A stretch of 64,000 bases of DNA from an uncultured Gemmatimonadaceae bacterium. GTDB taxonomy: Bacteria > Gemmatimonadota > Gemmatimonadetes > Gemmatimonadales > Gemmatimonadaceae. The notes beneath the pieces are model-generated. The model made no database searches, had not been told where the DNA came from, and saw only the letters and a list, made by a program, of their open reading frames with translations. Numbering within the stretch: the first letter of the stretch is position 1; each line of letters starts with the position of its first letter. Location of the stretch: the NCBI GenBank assembly GCA_963829055.1, contig CAWHHI010000018.1, forward strand, positions 1 through 64,000, read 5' to 3'. Shown piece after piece: positions 18,559 through 32,127 of this stretch. A program made the position numbers and the translations under genes.

Positions 18559-21285
18559 GTGGCTCGGGTTCCGTCGCTGCAAGCCTAACGCGTGCGTCCA
18601 CGATCGTCGCGCCGCCCGGATGCACCACGATGGGGTTCAGATCGAGCTCGGCGATCTGAGGGAGATCCTCGACCAGCGCCCCGACGCGGAGGATGGCGTC
18701 GGCGAGCGCTCGCACGTCGTGCGCGGGGCCGCCTCGGTACCCGGAGAGCAGGGGATAGGTCTTGAGCTCGCGCAGCATCTCCGCGGCGTCGGACTCGGCC
18801 AGCGGGGCGAGTCGCACGGAGACGTCGCGGAGCAGTTCCACGAGTACGCCACCGGCGCCGACGGCCACGACCGGGCCGAACTGACTGTCGTGAACGACGC
18901 CGACGATCATCTCGACACCCGCGGGCGCCATCGCCTGCACGAGGAACCGGCCGCCCGGAGTATCCTGCAGGTGGAGACGCGTTGCCATGTCTCGTGCCGC
19001 GGATTCCACCTCGTCCGGACGGAGCGACAGACGCACGGCACCCGCCTCGGTCTTGTGAACGAGCCCGGGCACGACGGCCTTGATCGCAACCCGTTCGCTA
19101 CCGAGATCCGCGGCGGCCTTCGCCGCCTCCTCTGCCGTCGCGACCACCGCCTGCGCGAGGAGCGGCAGACCGTAGCACGAGAGCAGCGTCCACACGTCGT
19201 CGGGCGCGAGCCATTCGTCGCCGCGGCCGAGCGCGGTCGCCACCAGAGCGGCGGCTGCGTCGCGCCGTACGTCGGGAAACTGCAGCTGGCGGGACAGGTG
19301 GCCGTGCCCGCCAGGCGCCGTACCGGGCGACGCGCGACAGCGCGATCGCTGCGTTCTCCGGAAACGCGTACGACGGAACGCGCACATCGGCGGCACGCAG
19401 CTCGGGCGGCACGCCGCGCGACTGCATGAAGACCGTGAGCACCGGCTTCGAGCCGCCTAACGAGCGAACGCCATCGACGATGGCGCGAGCGACATCGTCC
19501 GCCTTCGTGACCAGCGGCGGGATGAAGATCACGACCAGCGCGTCCACGGCCGGGTCGGACCCCACGAGGCGGATCGCCTCTCGATACTGGTCGGCACTCG
19601 CCGACGCGATCATGTCGACCGGGTTCTGGACGCTCGCTTCGCGAGGCAGCAGCGCCCGGAGTGCCGTCTCCGTCGCGGCGCCGAGCGCCGGGATCGTGAG
19701 CCCCTCGGCCTCGCACGCGTCGGCACAGAGAATACCGGGCCCGCCGGCGTTCGTCAGGATCGCGACGCGACTGCCTTTCGGAATGGGCTGGCTCGTGATG
19801 CAGCGACGCGACGTCGAACATCTCCGCGAGCGTGTTGGTGCGAATGACGCCGGCGGAGCGGAAGAGTGCATCGACGGTGACGTCGGACGCGGCAAGGAGC
19901 GCCCCGGTGTGAGAGCCCGCGGCGCGGGCGCCGGCGAGCGAGCGTCCGCCTTTCACCGCCACGATCGGCTTCCTCCGCGCGACTCGTCGCGCGATGCGCG
20001 AGAACTTTCGCGGGTTGCCGAAGGACTCGAGGTACAGGAGGATGACGTCGGTGTTCGGATCCTGCTCCCAGTACCGGAGGAGATCGTTCCCGGAGATGTC
20101 CGCCTTGTTGCCGACGGAGACGAACGTCGAGAGCCCGAGCCCTAACGCGCTCGCGTAATCCATGACGGCGACCCCGAGCGCTCCGCTCTGCGACATGAAG
20201 CCGACGCGCCCCTCGGTCGGAGGGACGGGTGCGAACGTCGCGTTGAGTCGCACCGCGGGGTCCGTGTTCACGATCCCCATGCAGTTCGGACCAATGAGCC
20301 GCATCCCCGCTGCCCGGCAGACGCGAACGAGCTCCTCCTGCCGCGCTCGCCCCTCGGCTCCGGTTTCCGCGAAGCCAGCGGAGATCACCACCAGCGCCCG
20401 GACTCCCTTGCGCCCGCACGCCTCGGCGGCCTCCACCACCCGATCGGCCGGCACGATCAGCACGGCCAGGTCCACCGCGCCCGGGACGTCCTCGACCGTC
20501 GGGTACGCGACGATGCTCTGCACCACCGGCGTGTTCGGATTGACCGGGAGCACTGGCCCCTCGAACCCGTAGCTCACGAGGTTGCGCAGCGTCTCGCCGC
20601 CAATGGTGCCGCGCCGCCGTGAGGCGCCGATCACCGCGACCGAGCGAGGGTTGAAGAACGCGTGCACCGCGTTCACGGCCGCGGTCCAGTCGCGCTGCTC
20701 GAACCGCTCCCGCGCCGACTCGGTGATTGCCGTCGGAAACTCGACGTGGACGCTGCCTCGCATCGCGTGAGTCCGGATGAGAAAGCCGGACTCACGAAAG
20801 ACGGCCAGCATCTGGTGGTTCTCCGGGAGCACCTCGGCCTCGAAGGTCCGGATGCCGCGGTCGGACGCGAGCTGCGCGAGTTGGCCGACGAGGATCGTGC
20901 CCAGCCCTTGCCCCTGGCACGCATCGGCGATCGCGAAGCTCACCTCGGCACGGTCGTCGCGGACCCCCGTGAATTCGGCGTGACCCACGATGCGCTCCTC
21001 GCCACCAGCCGTCGCGATCAGAGCGAGCCCGCGTGTGTCTTCGACGTGCGTCTGCCGATGTGCCTCCCGCATCAGCGCGTCGTCGCCCAGGTGACCGCAG
21101 TAGCGGAGCCAGCGCGACTGTCGTGAGAGGCCGCGGAGGAATTCGCGAAGCGCTGGCTCATCGTTAGGGTGGAGAGCGCGCACGCCGATCACTGATCCGT
21201 CCCGCAGTACGACCGTCGTCGCGTGCGTGGGTGAAGGGTACCGGGAGGGAGACGAGTCAGCGCTGGCGACTGGGGGCTGGGTCAT
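18539..21285 (-). CDS. GNAT + NDP-forming acyl-CoA synthetase-like protein (Pat-type lysine acetyltransferase), frameshifted near 19800 and 19300
   Basis: N-terminal GNAT (QGQGLG), CoA-binding SVAVIGAS, GPNCMG, SQSGALG, TNAGGPG, ATP-grasp HKTEAGAV and ELDLNP. Confidence 0.85.
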
Positions 21286-21656
21286 GAGACGCTCGGCCGG
21301 GGATCAAGGCGACACGGTGCGATCGACAATGTCGCTTGCGACGTCTATTCGCTATGGCGTGTCCGCACGACGTGATGGACTCGCCGGTGTGCTGACACGT
21401 GCTCGATGACTCGGCGGAGCTTGGCGGCCGCTTGGCGAGTCAGTGGCGGTACACGATCCACGCAGCATCCACAACGATGACACGGTGGTCGCGGTTGCCA
21501 GCAAATGTCGCCGAGGAACGGTGATGCCCGTCATGCGAGCGGAGTGCGCCGCGTCCGCCAGTGCCCCGCCGGGTCGTCGGCGCGTCCATCGGAGGGGGAC
21601 GCTCGCCCAAGCCTCACGTGCCCCGCTGGTCCCAGTCTCCCTGGAGTCATTTGCGT

Positions 21657-22938
21657 ATGCGCATCTCCATAGATCGCCTCACCGCAGTCCTCGCCATCGC
21701 GGTCGCCGGATGTTCGCCGAGCGGCGTCATTGTTCGCCAGCCGGCCGCGCCCCAACCGATGCCTGTGGTGGTGATCGACCCGCTCGATGTCGACATCGCC
21801 CGCCCGCATAACGGGAAGCTCTTCGTGCAGACCAACCGCGCGGCGTACGTCGCGATCTTCGAGATCGTTCCGGATCGCAGCGTCACGCTGGTCTACCCCG
21901 TATCCGCGCGGCAGCAGCGGTTCGTGGTCACGGGTCTGCGTGACGTTCCTGTATGGTGGGAGCCGTCGCGGGTGACGTATCGCGGCGCCGGGTCATTCGT
22001 CGTCGCCGCGCTCGCAGCCCACGCGGTACATCTACGTGCTCGCATCGGAGGAACCACTTCGAATCCCCGATGCGGCGTTCCGCGACGGCTACCTCTACCA
22101 GGCACTCGGTAACCAGGCCTACAGGGCGACGAATCCGTACGCGACGATGCGCGCGCTCGCTCGCGAATTCGTGCCGTCCGTCGCCGACGAGAGGTGGGCC
22201 GAGGACGCGTACGCGCTCTCGCGTTCGTATGCGACTGAGCGCTACGACGTGACGCGCGTCTACTGCCGGGACGGATCGGTGTACGAGGTACCCACCGAAC
22301 TCGCGGACCACGTGTGGTGTCCCGCGTCCGCCCGCCAGGCGGATGGTCCTGGTCGCGTATCCGAGGTGGACCTGCCGCCGGAATCACGACGGCCACCGAT
22401 GCGTCCGGACTCAGTGGTGGGCGACAACGGCCGGCGAGTGGCGACACGAGCGCGTGGGTCGAACGGGCGTGGGCCAATCGACCGGGTGAAGGAACCAGTG
22501 CAGCCGGAGAATCGGGGCAACGGTCGGACCGAGGACGATGAGCGTTCCAGGAACAACGAGACGAGGGATCGCCAGGAGAGTGGGTCGGAGGGTCGCTCGC
22601 ACCGGCCTAACGACGCCCATGACAATGCCACGCCGAAGCAGCGCGGCCCGGAGCTGAAGGAGGCCACGCCGTTGCCCCACCGTCCGAGGCCGGTGCCGCA
22701 GCCGGTGGACAAACCGACGAAGGTAGAGAGCCCGGACAGCTCGACGAAGTCGGAGACCCCGGCGAAGCCAGACGGCACAGCGGAGACCAAGCCGGATTCG
22801 ACCACCGAGGCGAAGTCGCAGGGTCCGGGCGAGAAGCGCGCGGAACCGGGGAAGAGGCGCGGTCGGCCGGACGCACCCGATGAGAAGTCGGCGGATCGCA
22901 ATCGACGGCAGCCTGCCGACTCCAAGCCGGTGAGCTGA
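21657..22938 (+). CDS. Lipoprotein with a DUF4384-like domain and low-complexity charged tail, frameshifted near 22010
   Basis: VAGC lipobox; TNRAAYVAIFEI...TLVYP...YVLASEEPL; Pro/Lys/Glu-rich C-terminus. Confidence 0.55.
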
Positions 22939-23157
22939 TCGAGACGCCGGGCAGTTCCGGACCGGCTCCTCACGAGCCTAACGGCGCTCCGTGCTACTTC
23001 ACGGCGAAGCGCACGGTTCGCAGAACGAGCATCTGCGTATCGGCAGACGGCGTGTCGGGCGACTCACCATTCAACCACACGTGAGGCGATTCCCACTGCG
23101 CCCCGACGTAGTTCTTGCCGTCGGATCGATGGCGCCACACGACGCCGCCACCGTGAA

Positions 23158-25042
23158 TCAGGGAACGACCGGCTGCACACCTCCGGGCGGCAATACCTGC
23201 AGCTCGATTCCCGACGCCTGGGCCCCTGATCGATACACCCGCTGCGTCGCCTTCTTGAAGTCCGACGGTTTCGCGTGATAGATGTCCACGAACGTCTGCG
23301 GATTGCGATCCACCAACGGAAACCAGCTGCTCTGCACCTGGATCATGATCCGGTGCCCCTTCTTGAACGTGTGCAGCACGTCATCCATGCCGAACGTGAC
23401 TCGCGTCGTTTTCCCCGGCACCAACGGCTCCGGACGCGAGTAGCTGTTCCTGAACTTGGCCCGCATCACATCGCCGCGCACGAGCTCCTGGAACCCGCCC
23501 TCCGCTGGCGCCCGCCTGACCACCTCCCACGCTGTCGGGATACACATTGATCACCTTCACGATCCAATCGCCATCCGTGCCGGTCGTCGACACGAACAGG
23601 TTCGGTTTGATCGACCCGGCAATCGTTAGGTCCTCGGACAACGGTTCGCTCTGATACACGAGCACGTCGGGTCGCTTTACGCCGAAGCGCTGGTCCAATG
23701 CCATGTAGTCCGGCTTCATCCCGGTGTCCTTCTCCCGAAGAAATGGCACCGGGTGCGCTGGATCGCTGACGTACTGCTCATACCCGGCCCCACCCTCGTC
23801 GCTCGACGGCCGCGCAAACGACAGCTTGCCGCCGGCGTGCAGGTACAGCGTCCGCCCCGTCGCATTCTTCGGCGGCCAGGCATTGAACGTCCGCCACCGG
23901 TTGGTTCCCGTCTCGAAGATCGTTGCTTCCGCCAACGCCGGCTCACCCGTGCCGGCGCCCTTCAAATAGTGTTCGAAGAACGGATACTCGAGGCTGTCAC
24001 GAAAGTACTGGCCCGTCGTCGACCCGAATCGCAGGTCGCCGAGTGCGTCGCCCTGGCCGCGGCTCCACTGTCCGTGCGACCACGGACCGAGCACGATGCG
24101 GCTCGATGTCTTTGGACTCTGCTTTTCGATACTCTCGTGCACGACGAGCGCGCCGTGCAGGTTGTTCGCGTCGTACCAGCCACTCACGGCGAGAACGGCC
24201 GGCTTCACGTCACGCAGGTGCGGCCCGAGACGGCGCGCTGCCCAGAACGCGTCGTCGGTGCCGTGGGTCATCATGTCGTTCCAGAATGGCGCGGCACCCT
24301 TGATGTACTTCTTGTCCGCATTCTCCAGTGACCCCAGGTCCATGAAGAACGCGTAGCCATTGTCGGTGCCGAAGTCGAATCGTGCCGGACGTTCCGTCGT
24401 CGGCTTCGGTCGCGCGCGGCCGCTCGTCGTGAAGAAGTCGAACGCGCTCGCCAGCAGGAACGCGCCGTGGTGGTGAACGTCGTCACCGAGGAACCAGTCG
24501 GCCTGCGGTGCCTGCGGCGAGACGGCTTTGAGGGCGGGATGCGAGTTCACGAGCGACGCCGCCGCGAAGAAGCCCCCGTACGAGATGCCCCAGACGCCCA
24601 CTCGGCCATTGTTGTGCGGGACGTGCGTCAGCAGCCAGTCGATCGTGTCGTACGCATCCGTGCTTTCGTCCGTTTGCGCAGCGCCGGCCATCCCCTTCCA
24701 CGGCGTCATGTGCTTGAAGTCGCCCTCGGACATGAAGCGCCCGCGCACATCCTGGTACACGAAAATGAAGCCTTCGTCGGCAAAGCGCTGTGAGGGACCC
24801 ACAGCGCGGGGGTACGCGTTAGGTCCGTACGGACCAACGCTGTAGGGCGTGCGCGTCATCATGATTGGATAGCGCCGGCTCGTATCGCGGGGCGCATACA
24901 CCGCGGTGAACAGGTGCGTCCCGTCACGCATGGGGACGCGGACCTCGGTCTTCGCGTACCGAGCCTCGACCTGCGCCTCACCGCTGGTGACAGCCGCGAT
25001 CGAGAGAAGAGTGACCAATCCGATCGAGCGAATCGTTCTCAT
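23158..25042 (-). CDS. CocE/NonD family hydrolase (S15 / alpha-amino acid ester hydrolase-like), frameshifted near 23510
   Basis: Signal peptide, VPMRDG, RTPY, QDVRGR, GISYGG nucleophile elbow, GPWSHG, VQSSWFPLVDRNP. Confidence 0.9.
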
Positions 25043-25244
25043 GATGTCCACTGGGTGAGGTGGGTTCTCGCGTTCCGTATCGATTGCAGGCGCCGCAAAC
25101 GTACCGCGCAGAACCAGCGACGACCACATCCCGGGTACCCTTGCATACCCGGTTTTGGTGTACCATCGTGGTATTCCTATCGACCTCAGTCGTCCCGCCC
25201 TACGCCCCGTTCCCACGCGGCCCCCCCGTTCCACAGGCCAGGCT

Positions 25245-27180
25245 ATGCGCAGAATTCAGTTCGCGCGCGCGGTGCCATCCGCCGCCGCATTCCTCGCGCT
25301 CAGCACGCTTGCGTCGCCCGCGCTCGCCCAGCGAGACGGTGGACAGCCGGACTCACTCTACACCCGCGAGCATTACATCAAGGCCGAGTACATGGTGCCG
25401 ATGCGCGATGGGGTGAAGCTGTACACCATTGTCTACACGCCCAAGGACACGTCGGTGTCGGTGCCCATCATGCTGGTGCGCACCCCGTACAGCATTCCGC
25501 CCTACGGGCTCACCGACTACAAGCGCGTGCTCGGCCCGTCGCCGGAGTTCGACCGCGACGGATACATCTTCGCGTTTCAGGACGCCCGCGGGAAATTCCG
25601 CTCCGAGGGGACGTTCCGGGTGATGAATCCCTACAAGCCCGTGAAGCGGAGCGCGAAGGACGTCGACGAGAGCAGCGACAACTACGACACCATCGACTGG
25701 CTGCTCAAGAACATTCCGCACAACAACGGACGCGTCGGACAGTGGGGGATCTCGTACCCCGGATGGCAGACCGTGATGGGCATGATCGCCGCGCACCCCG
25801 CGCTCAAGGCGTCGTCACCGCAGTCGTCACCGTCCGACATGTTCGTCGGCGACGACTTCCACCACAACGGCGCGTTCCGCTTCCAGTACACGTTCAACTG
25901 GCTGTCCGGCAATGCGCGCCCGCGCGGGGCGGCGCCGACCACCGAGCGCCCGCGCGGGTTCGACTACGGCACCAACAGCGGCTACGACTTCTTTCTCAAG
26001 GCCGGAACGGTCGCCGAGCATCAACGAGAAGTACTTCCACGATCAGGTGCCGACGTGGAACGATTTCCTGAATCACCCGAACTACGACACGTACTGGCAG
26101 GAGCAGAACGTCCTCAAGGACCTGAAGGGAATCACCCCCGCGGTGCTCAACGTCACGGGGTGGTTCGACCAGGAGGACTTCTACGGGCCGATGAGCATCT
26201 ACTACACGATGGAGAAGAACAGCCCGACCACGCAGAGCACACTCGTCGTCGGCCCGTGGAACCACGGCGGCTGGGCGAGCGGCGGCGACTCACTCGGCGC
26301 CGTGAAGTTCGGCTCCTCCACCGGTGACTACTTCCGCAAGGAAGTGCAGTTCCCGTTCTTCCAGCACTACCTCAAGGACGCGCCTAACAAGCCGTTACCC
26401 GAGGCAGTCGTGTTCGAGAGCGGCACCAACGTATGGAAGACGTACGACAGCTGGCCGCCGAAGCAGGCGACCGCGCGAAGTCTCTACATGCACGCTGGCG
26501 GCAAGCTCGACTGGTCGCCGCCGCGGGATACGGGCTCCGTCTTCGACGCGTACGTGGACGATCCGGCGCATCCGGTCCCGTACACGAACGAGAAGCGTCC
26601 GACGCAGGGCTTTCTGTGGATGGTGGAGGACCAGTGGTTCGCGTCGACGCGACCCGACGTGCTCACGTACCAGACCGAGCCGCTCACGGAGAACGTGACG
26701 ATCGCGGGACCGATCCTCGCGAAGATGCGCGTCGCGACGTCGGGCACGGACTCGGACTTCATCGTCAAGATCATCGACGTCTACCCCGACTCGCTGCCTA
26801 ACACCGCCAACACCGCTGCCGGCGCGGACGCCGCGCGCGACCAGCGCATGCGCAACTACCAGATGCTCGTTGGGGCCGAGGTGATCCGGGGTAAGTACCG
26901 ACGGAGCCTAACGAACCCGGAACCGATGGTCCCCAATCAGGCGACGCCGCTCGAGTGGGACCTCCGCGACAAGAACCACACGTTCCAGAAAGGCCACCGC
27001 ATCATGGTGCAGGTGCAGAGCACGTGGTTTCCGCTCATCGACCGCAACCCGCACCAGTTCATGGACATCTACAAGGCGAAGCCGAGCGACTTCCGCAAGG
27101 CGACGCAGCGCGTGTACCGCTCGGCGTCACAGGCATCACACCTCGAGCTGAAGGTGATGCCGCAGCCGCCACTGCCGTGA
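25245..27180 (+). CDS. CocE/NonD family hydrolase (paralog, divergently transcribed), frameshifted near 26010
   Basis: Signal peptide, VPMRDG, GISYPG, DDFHHNGAF, GPWNHG, VQSTWFPLIDRNP. Confidence 0.9.
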
Positions 27181-27273
27181 GTCCGGCTTTCGTCCGGCTT
27201 CGTCCCCCGTCCGACCGGCTTCCGACCGGCTCCCATCTCCACCGCGTTCCCTGCTTTCGATGAGGCTCTGCAC

Positions 27274-30200
27274 ATGATCGCCAGACGGCTCGTCAGTTCG
27301 AAGATCTGCGCGTCGGCCGCGCCAGCCACCGTACTGCTGTTGTTGCTCACGGTGCCAGGGCTGCTGCGCGCGCAGGACGGCGCGGTTGCCGGAACGGTCG
27401 TCGCGCAAGGCAACCAGCGTCCGCTCGCCGGCGTGGAAGTCGGCGTCGTCGGCACACCCGCCAGAAGTGCAGTCACGGACGCCTCGGGCAGATTCCGCGT
27501 GACGGGCCTAACGGGACCGACGGTCGTGCTCAACATCCGGGCGCTCGGCTTCCGTCCCCAGACGGACACGGTGAGCGTCGGCACGACCGACCTGCGCATC
27601 GAGATGTCGGAGCGCGTCATCGAGCTGAACTCGGTGGTGGTCACCGGAACGGCGGGTGGCGCACAGGTTCGCGAGCTCGGGACGTCGGTCGCCGTCGTCA
27701 ACGCGGCCGATATCCAGGCACAAACCGCGGTTCCGACGGTGCAGGGATTGATCACGGGCCGAGCGCCGGGGGTGGACGTCATCTCGGCGACGGGGCAGGT
27801 GGGGGCGGGCTCCCAGATCCGCGTGCGCGGCGTGGGCTCGTTCTCGCTGTCGGGGACGCCGCTCGTCTACATCGACGGCGTGCGCACCAACAACGGCCAG
27901 ACCGGGCATCGTGTCGCGCTTCAACGACATCTCGCCCGAGGAGATCGCCAGCATCGAAGTGCTGAAGGGGCCGGCGGCGGCAACGCTGTACGGCACCGAG
28001 GCCGCACGCGGCGTGATCAACATCATCACCAAGCGCGGAGACGCCGGGATCGTCGGCCTACAACTTCTCGGCGCAGACTGGCAACATGTGGTTCGACAAC
28101 GCCGAGGGCCGAATACGCACGAACTACTGGCTCAATCCGGTCACCAAGGATGTCTGGTCGATCAACATGGTGCAGACCGAGAAGGCACGCGGCACCCCGC
28201 TCTTTCGCACTGGCGACACGCACAACTTCAGCGCCAGCGCCAGCGGCGGCGCAGGGATCTACCGTCACTTCATCGCCGGTGAGTACAGCTCGGCTGAAGG
28301 CATCGTCACGTCGAACGAGCGAACGCAGAAGAACGCGCGCGCCAATCTCTCGGTCGTGCCGAGCAGCAAGTTCAGCATCGAGACGAGCGCCGGGTACCTG
28401 ACGAGCAAGACGACGACGGCGGGCGAGGGTGGATCGGCGGGAGCGATCTGGGCTCAGCTCGCGTTGCCGCAGCGTACAGAGGCCGCGTGTCCGTACCTGT
28501 ATCCCGCCGGCGCCGTCCCGCGGGAATGCGGATGGGCGCGCGGCAGCATCGTGTCGCCGCCGGAAGTCTACGAGCAGACCTCGAACTGGCAGGACGTGCG
28601 GCGGTTCACCGGCAGCGCGTCGCTCAAGTACGATCCGTTTACGTGGCTGTCGAACCGATTCCTCATCGGGACCGACTACACGATGGAGGACATCAACGTT
28701 CTGTTGCCGTACCAGACCGACTCGACCATCGTCTTCTTCCTCGGCTCGCGCTTCGATGGGAGGCGTGACGAAACGACGCAGCAGACGACGTACAACACGT
28801 ATGACTACGCCGCGACTGCGAAGTACGGGATGTGGCGCGGCATCCAGGCGAAGTCCACGATCGGGCTTCAGTACTACACGAACAAGCAAACCTCGCTCTT
28901 CGCCAGCGGCCAGCATTTTCCCACACCCGGCGTCACCACGATCTCGGCCACGGGCTTGAAGGGCTCGCCGACGTCGAACCTGATCGCGAACAACACGTTA
29001 GGCAGCTACGCCCAGCAGGAGTTCGCGCTGAACAACCGGCTCTTCGTCACGGGTGCGGTGCGCGTGGACAACAACAGCGCATTCGGCAGCGAGGCGAAGT
29101 TCACGACCTATCCGAAAATCAGCGCCTCGTGGGTGGCGAGTGACGAGCCGTCGGTGAAGGCGCACACGCCTGGCTTCATCAGCGACTTGCGATTCCGCGG
29201 CGCCTACGGTGGCTCGGGCCAGCAGCCGCTCACCAACTCGGCGCTTCGTACGCTCGCACCGGTGGCCGGTCCGAACGGGCAAACGACACTGACGAACAGC
29301 ACCATCGGCAATCCGGACCTCAAGCCGGAGCGTGTGTTAGGCACGGAGCTCGGCTTCGAGGCCGGGATGTTCGGCGACCGCGTCGGCGTCGACCTCACGC
29401 TGTACCGCGACGTCTCGCACGACGCGATCCTCGCGAGCACTGTCGCGCCGTCGACGGCGTTCGGCGCGAGCACACAATTCATCAACGCGGGGCAGATCGA
29501 CAAGAAGGGCTACGAGTTGGCGCTGAAGGGTCAGGTCTTGAACGCGCGCAGGTACGGCTGGGACATGCAGTTCAACGTCGCCGGCACCAAGGCGGAGATC
29601 ATCAAGCTGGGCTCCGGCGCTGACACGTCGATCAACGTCACCGGCGGCAACACGTCGGTCGGGACGGTCGGCGTCGTGTTCCACCGCGTCGGATACTCGC
29701 CGTTCGACATCTTCACGTATCGCGTCGTGGGCGCGACGTACGATCCAGCAACGAAGAAGGCCACTAACCTGACCTGCGACGATGGCAAGGGTGGAACAGT
29801 CGCGTGCTTCTTCCCGGGGTCGTCATCGCTGCAGGCCCCGCTGGTGAACGTTGGCCACTCGCTGCCGACGACGACCGGATCGTGGATCAATACGTTCCGC
29901 TTCAGCAACTTCCGTCTGTACGCGATGATCGATTTCCAGCGCGGCTTCAAGAAGACCGATACCAACTACGAGCAGACGTGCCAGGTGTTCGGCGCGTGCC
30001 TCGAGAACATCAATCCGGAGCAGTACGATCCAGTTCAGGTCGCGCACGCGCAGAACGGCAGCGGCCAGCTGCAGGACTTCTACATCCGGTCAGGGAACTT
30101 CGCGAAGCTGCGTGAAGTGTCGCTCACGTACGACGCGTCGCCGCGCACAGCGCGCTACGTCGGCGCGAGGTCGATGGCGGTCACGCTCACCGGTCGGAAC

Positions 30201-30344
30201 ATGCACATGTGGACGAGCTACACCGGGCTCGATCCGGAGAACAGCGTCAACGCCGAGGGTGGCATGAGTCGCAACCTCGCGACGGATCAGACCGAGTATC
30301 CGCAGCTCGCCACCGTCCTCATCAGCTTCCGGCTCGGGTACTAG
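27274..30344 (+). CDS. SusC/RagA-type TonB-dependent receptor, frameshifted near 27905 and 28050
   Basis: N-terminal carboxypeptidase-regulatory-like domain, VVVTGT, IRVRG, PLVYIDGV, IEVLKGPAAATLYG, NPDLKPE, KLREVSL, YTGLDPE, terminal aromatic residue. Confidence 0.9.
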
Positions 30345-30419
30345 CCGCACTAGTTCGGGACCTAACGATGCGGGGCGCACGCGCGTGCCCCTGTGCCTAA
30401 CCCTGGTACTGTGACTTCC

Positions 30420-31784
30420 ATGCCAAATAGAAATACCTGCGATACGTCGTCCACGCGGCATCGCCGCACGCGGGGCGCGGGACGAGCACTGCTCGCCGCG
30501 CTGGCCGCTGGCGTGTTCGCCATCGCGTGCGACACGTCGAAAATGCTCGACGTGCAGGCGCCGAACTCCGTGCCGGTGGACATCTACTCGGATCCCGCGT
30601 TCGCCACGCTGATGGTCAACAGCGTGATCGGCGACTTCGAGTGTGCGTTCGGCTCGTTCGTGGTGGCGGAAGGGTTGGCCACTGACGAGCTGCACGACTC
30701 CGCGCTGAACAACGGCAACTGGAACATGGATCGGCGCGACAATGCGTTCACATCCGGCTTCTACGGCGTGAGCTCGTGCACCACGGTCACCGGTATCTAC
30801 ACGCCGCTGTCGACGGCGCGTGGCGAGGCCGATGCCGCGATCAACCAACTGAAGGAGTGGACCGTTGCGCAGGTGCCCAACATCAAGACGCTCGAAGCGC
30901 AGGCGAACCTCTACTCGGGGTTCAGCTACGCGACGTTAGGCATGTCAATGTGCCAGGCCGCCTTCGACAAGGGCCCGCTGGTGAACCAGATGGGGATGTT
31001 CGCGCTGGCGGAGCAGCGCTTCACCACAGCGATCGCCGCGGCGCAGGCGGCATCGCTGACGAACGTGTTGAACGCCGCCTACGCGGGCCGAGCGCGGGTG
31101 AGATTGTACCAGCGGAACACGGCGGGTGCGATCGCCGACGCGCAGCTCGTGCCGGCGGGGTTCGTGTTCAACGCCGCCATGGATGCAACGAACGCGCGGC
31201 GCTTCAACCACATCTACACGGCGATCTCGACGTCAGGGGCGCTCACTGTCGAGCCCACGGCGCGTGCACTCACGACGGAGACCGGCCAGGTCGATCCGCG
31301 CTCGGCGACGATCAGGCTGAACACGGCGCCGGCGGATGGGCTCAACCAGATCTACATCCCGACGAAGTACAATGCCGCTTCGCTGGCCGCCGGCCAGTCG
31401 ATTCCGCAGCCGATCACGCGTTATGCGGAAGCGCAGTTGATCCTCGCCGAAGCGCAGGGTGGGGCAAACGCCGTGAACATCATCAACACCATGCGAGCGG
31501 CGGCGAGCCTGACTCCGTACAGCGGGCCGACGGATGCCGCGTCGATCAAGACGCTCATCGCGAACGAGCGGCAGCGCGTGCTGTTCCTGGAAGGATACCG
31601 GGGGTACGACATCGAGCGGTTGAATCTCGCGCTGGTGCCTGCGGTCGGGTCGCCATACTTGCAGGGTGGCGTGTACGGTGGAACGGTCTGCTTCCCGCTG
31701 CCGGACATCGAGAAGAACAACAATCCGAACGTTGTGGCCGCGGACATCATTACTGGGGTGCGAGGCGAATTCACGCCTCCTTAG
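30420..31784 (+). CDS. RagB/SusD family outer-membrane lipoprotein
   Basis: AIAC lipobox, RYAEAQLILAEA, ERQRVLFLEGYR, FPLPDIEKNNNPN. Confidence 0.88.
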   Translation: MPNRNTCDTSSTRHRRTRGAGRALLAALAAGVFAIACDTSKMLDVQAPNSVPVDIYSDPAFATLMVNSVIGDFECAFGSFVVAEGLATDELHDSALNNGNWNMDRRDNAFTSGFYGVSSCTTVTGIYTPLSTARGEADAAINQLKEWTVAQVPNIKTLEAQANLYSGFSYATLGMSMCQAAFDKGPLVNQMGMFALAEQRFTTAIAAAQAASLTNVLNAAYAGRARVRLYQRNTAGAIADAQLVPAGFVFNAAMDATNARRFNHIYTAISTSGALTVEPTARALTTETGQVDPRSATIRLNTAPADGLNQIYIPTKYNAASLAAGQSIPQPITRYAEAQLILAEAQGGANAVNIINTMRAAASLTPYSGPTDAASIKTLIANERQRVLFLEGYRGYDIERLNLALVPAVGSPYLQGGVYGGTVCFPLPDIEKNNNPNVVAADIITGVRGEFTPP

Positions 31785-32127
31785 TCGAGGACATTGCTCT
31801 CGATTGCGGTGCCGATGGTGCTCCTGTGGGGACTGGTGCGCGGGTGGGGGTGGGCTCGGACGTGGACGTCCGTCTCGCTCGGACTCGGAGCGGTGGCGGC
31901 GACGGTCGGCGTGCTCATGGCCGACACGGCTCGCCCACCGTTTCGCGAGCGGGCTCACCGCGGTCGCGTGGGCGCTCGCCTGCGGCGTGCTCTCCAAGTC
32001 GGAGTCGATCGACGCGTACTGCGAGGAGCGACAGGCGTAGATGCGCGGGTTCGTGCGCGCCTACACCGCGTATCCCGCCGCGCTGGGCGTACGTTAGGCG
32101 CTACTTCACAATCGGAGGTGCAAGACG

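Noticed and set aside
27181..27232. Short direct repeats GTCCGGCTT and CCGACCGGCT before susC
   Set aside because: Only two copies each, of low complexity in GC-rich DNA; no clear function.
31794..32040. Hydrophobic reading-frame pieces after susD
   Set aside because: Possibly a frameshifted membrane-protein remnant, but no convincing start or family.
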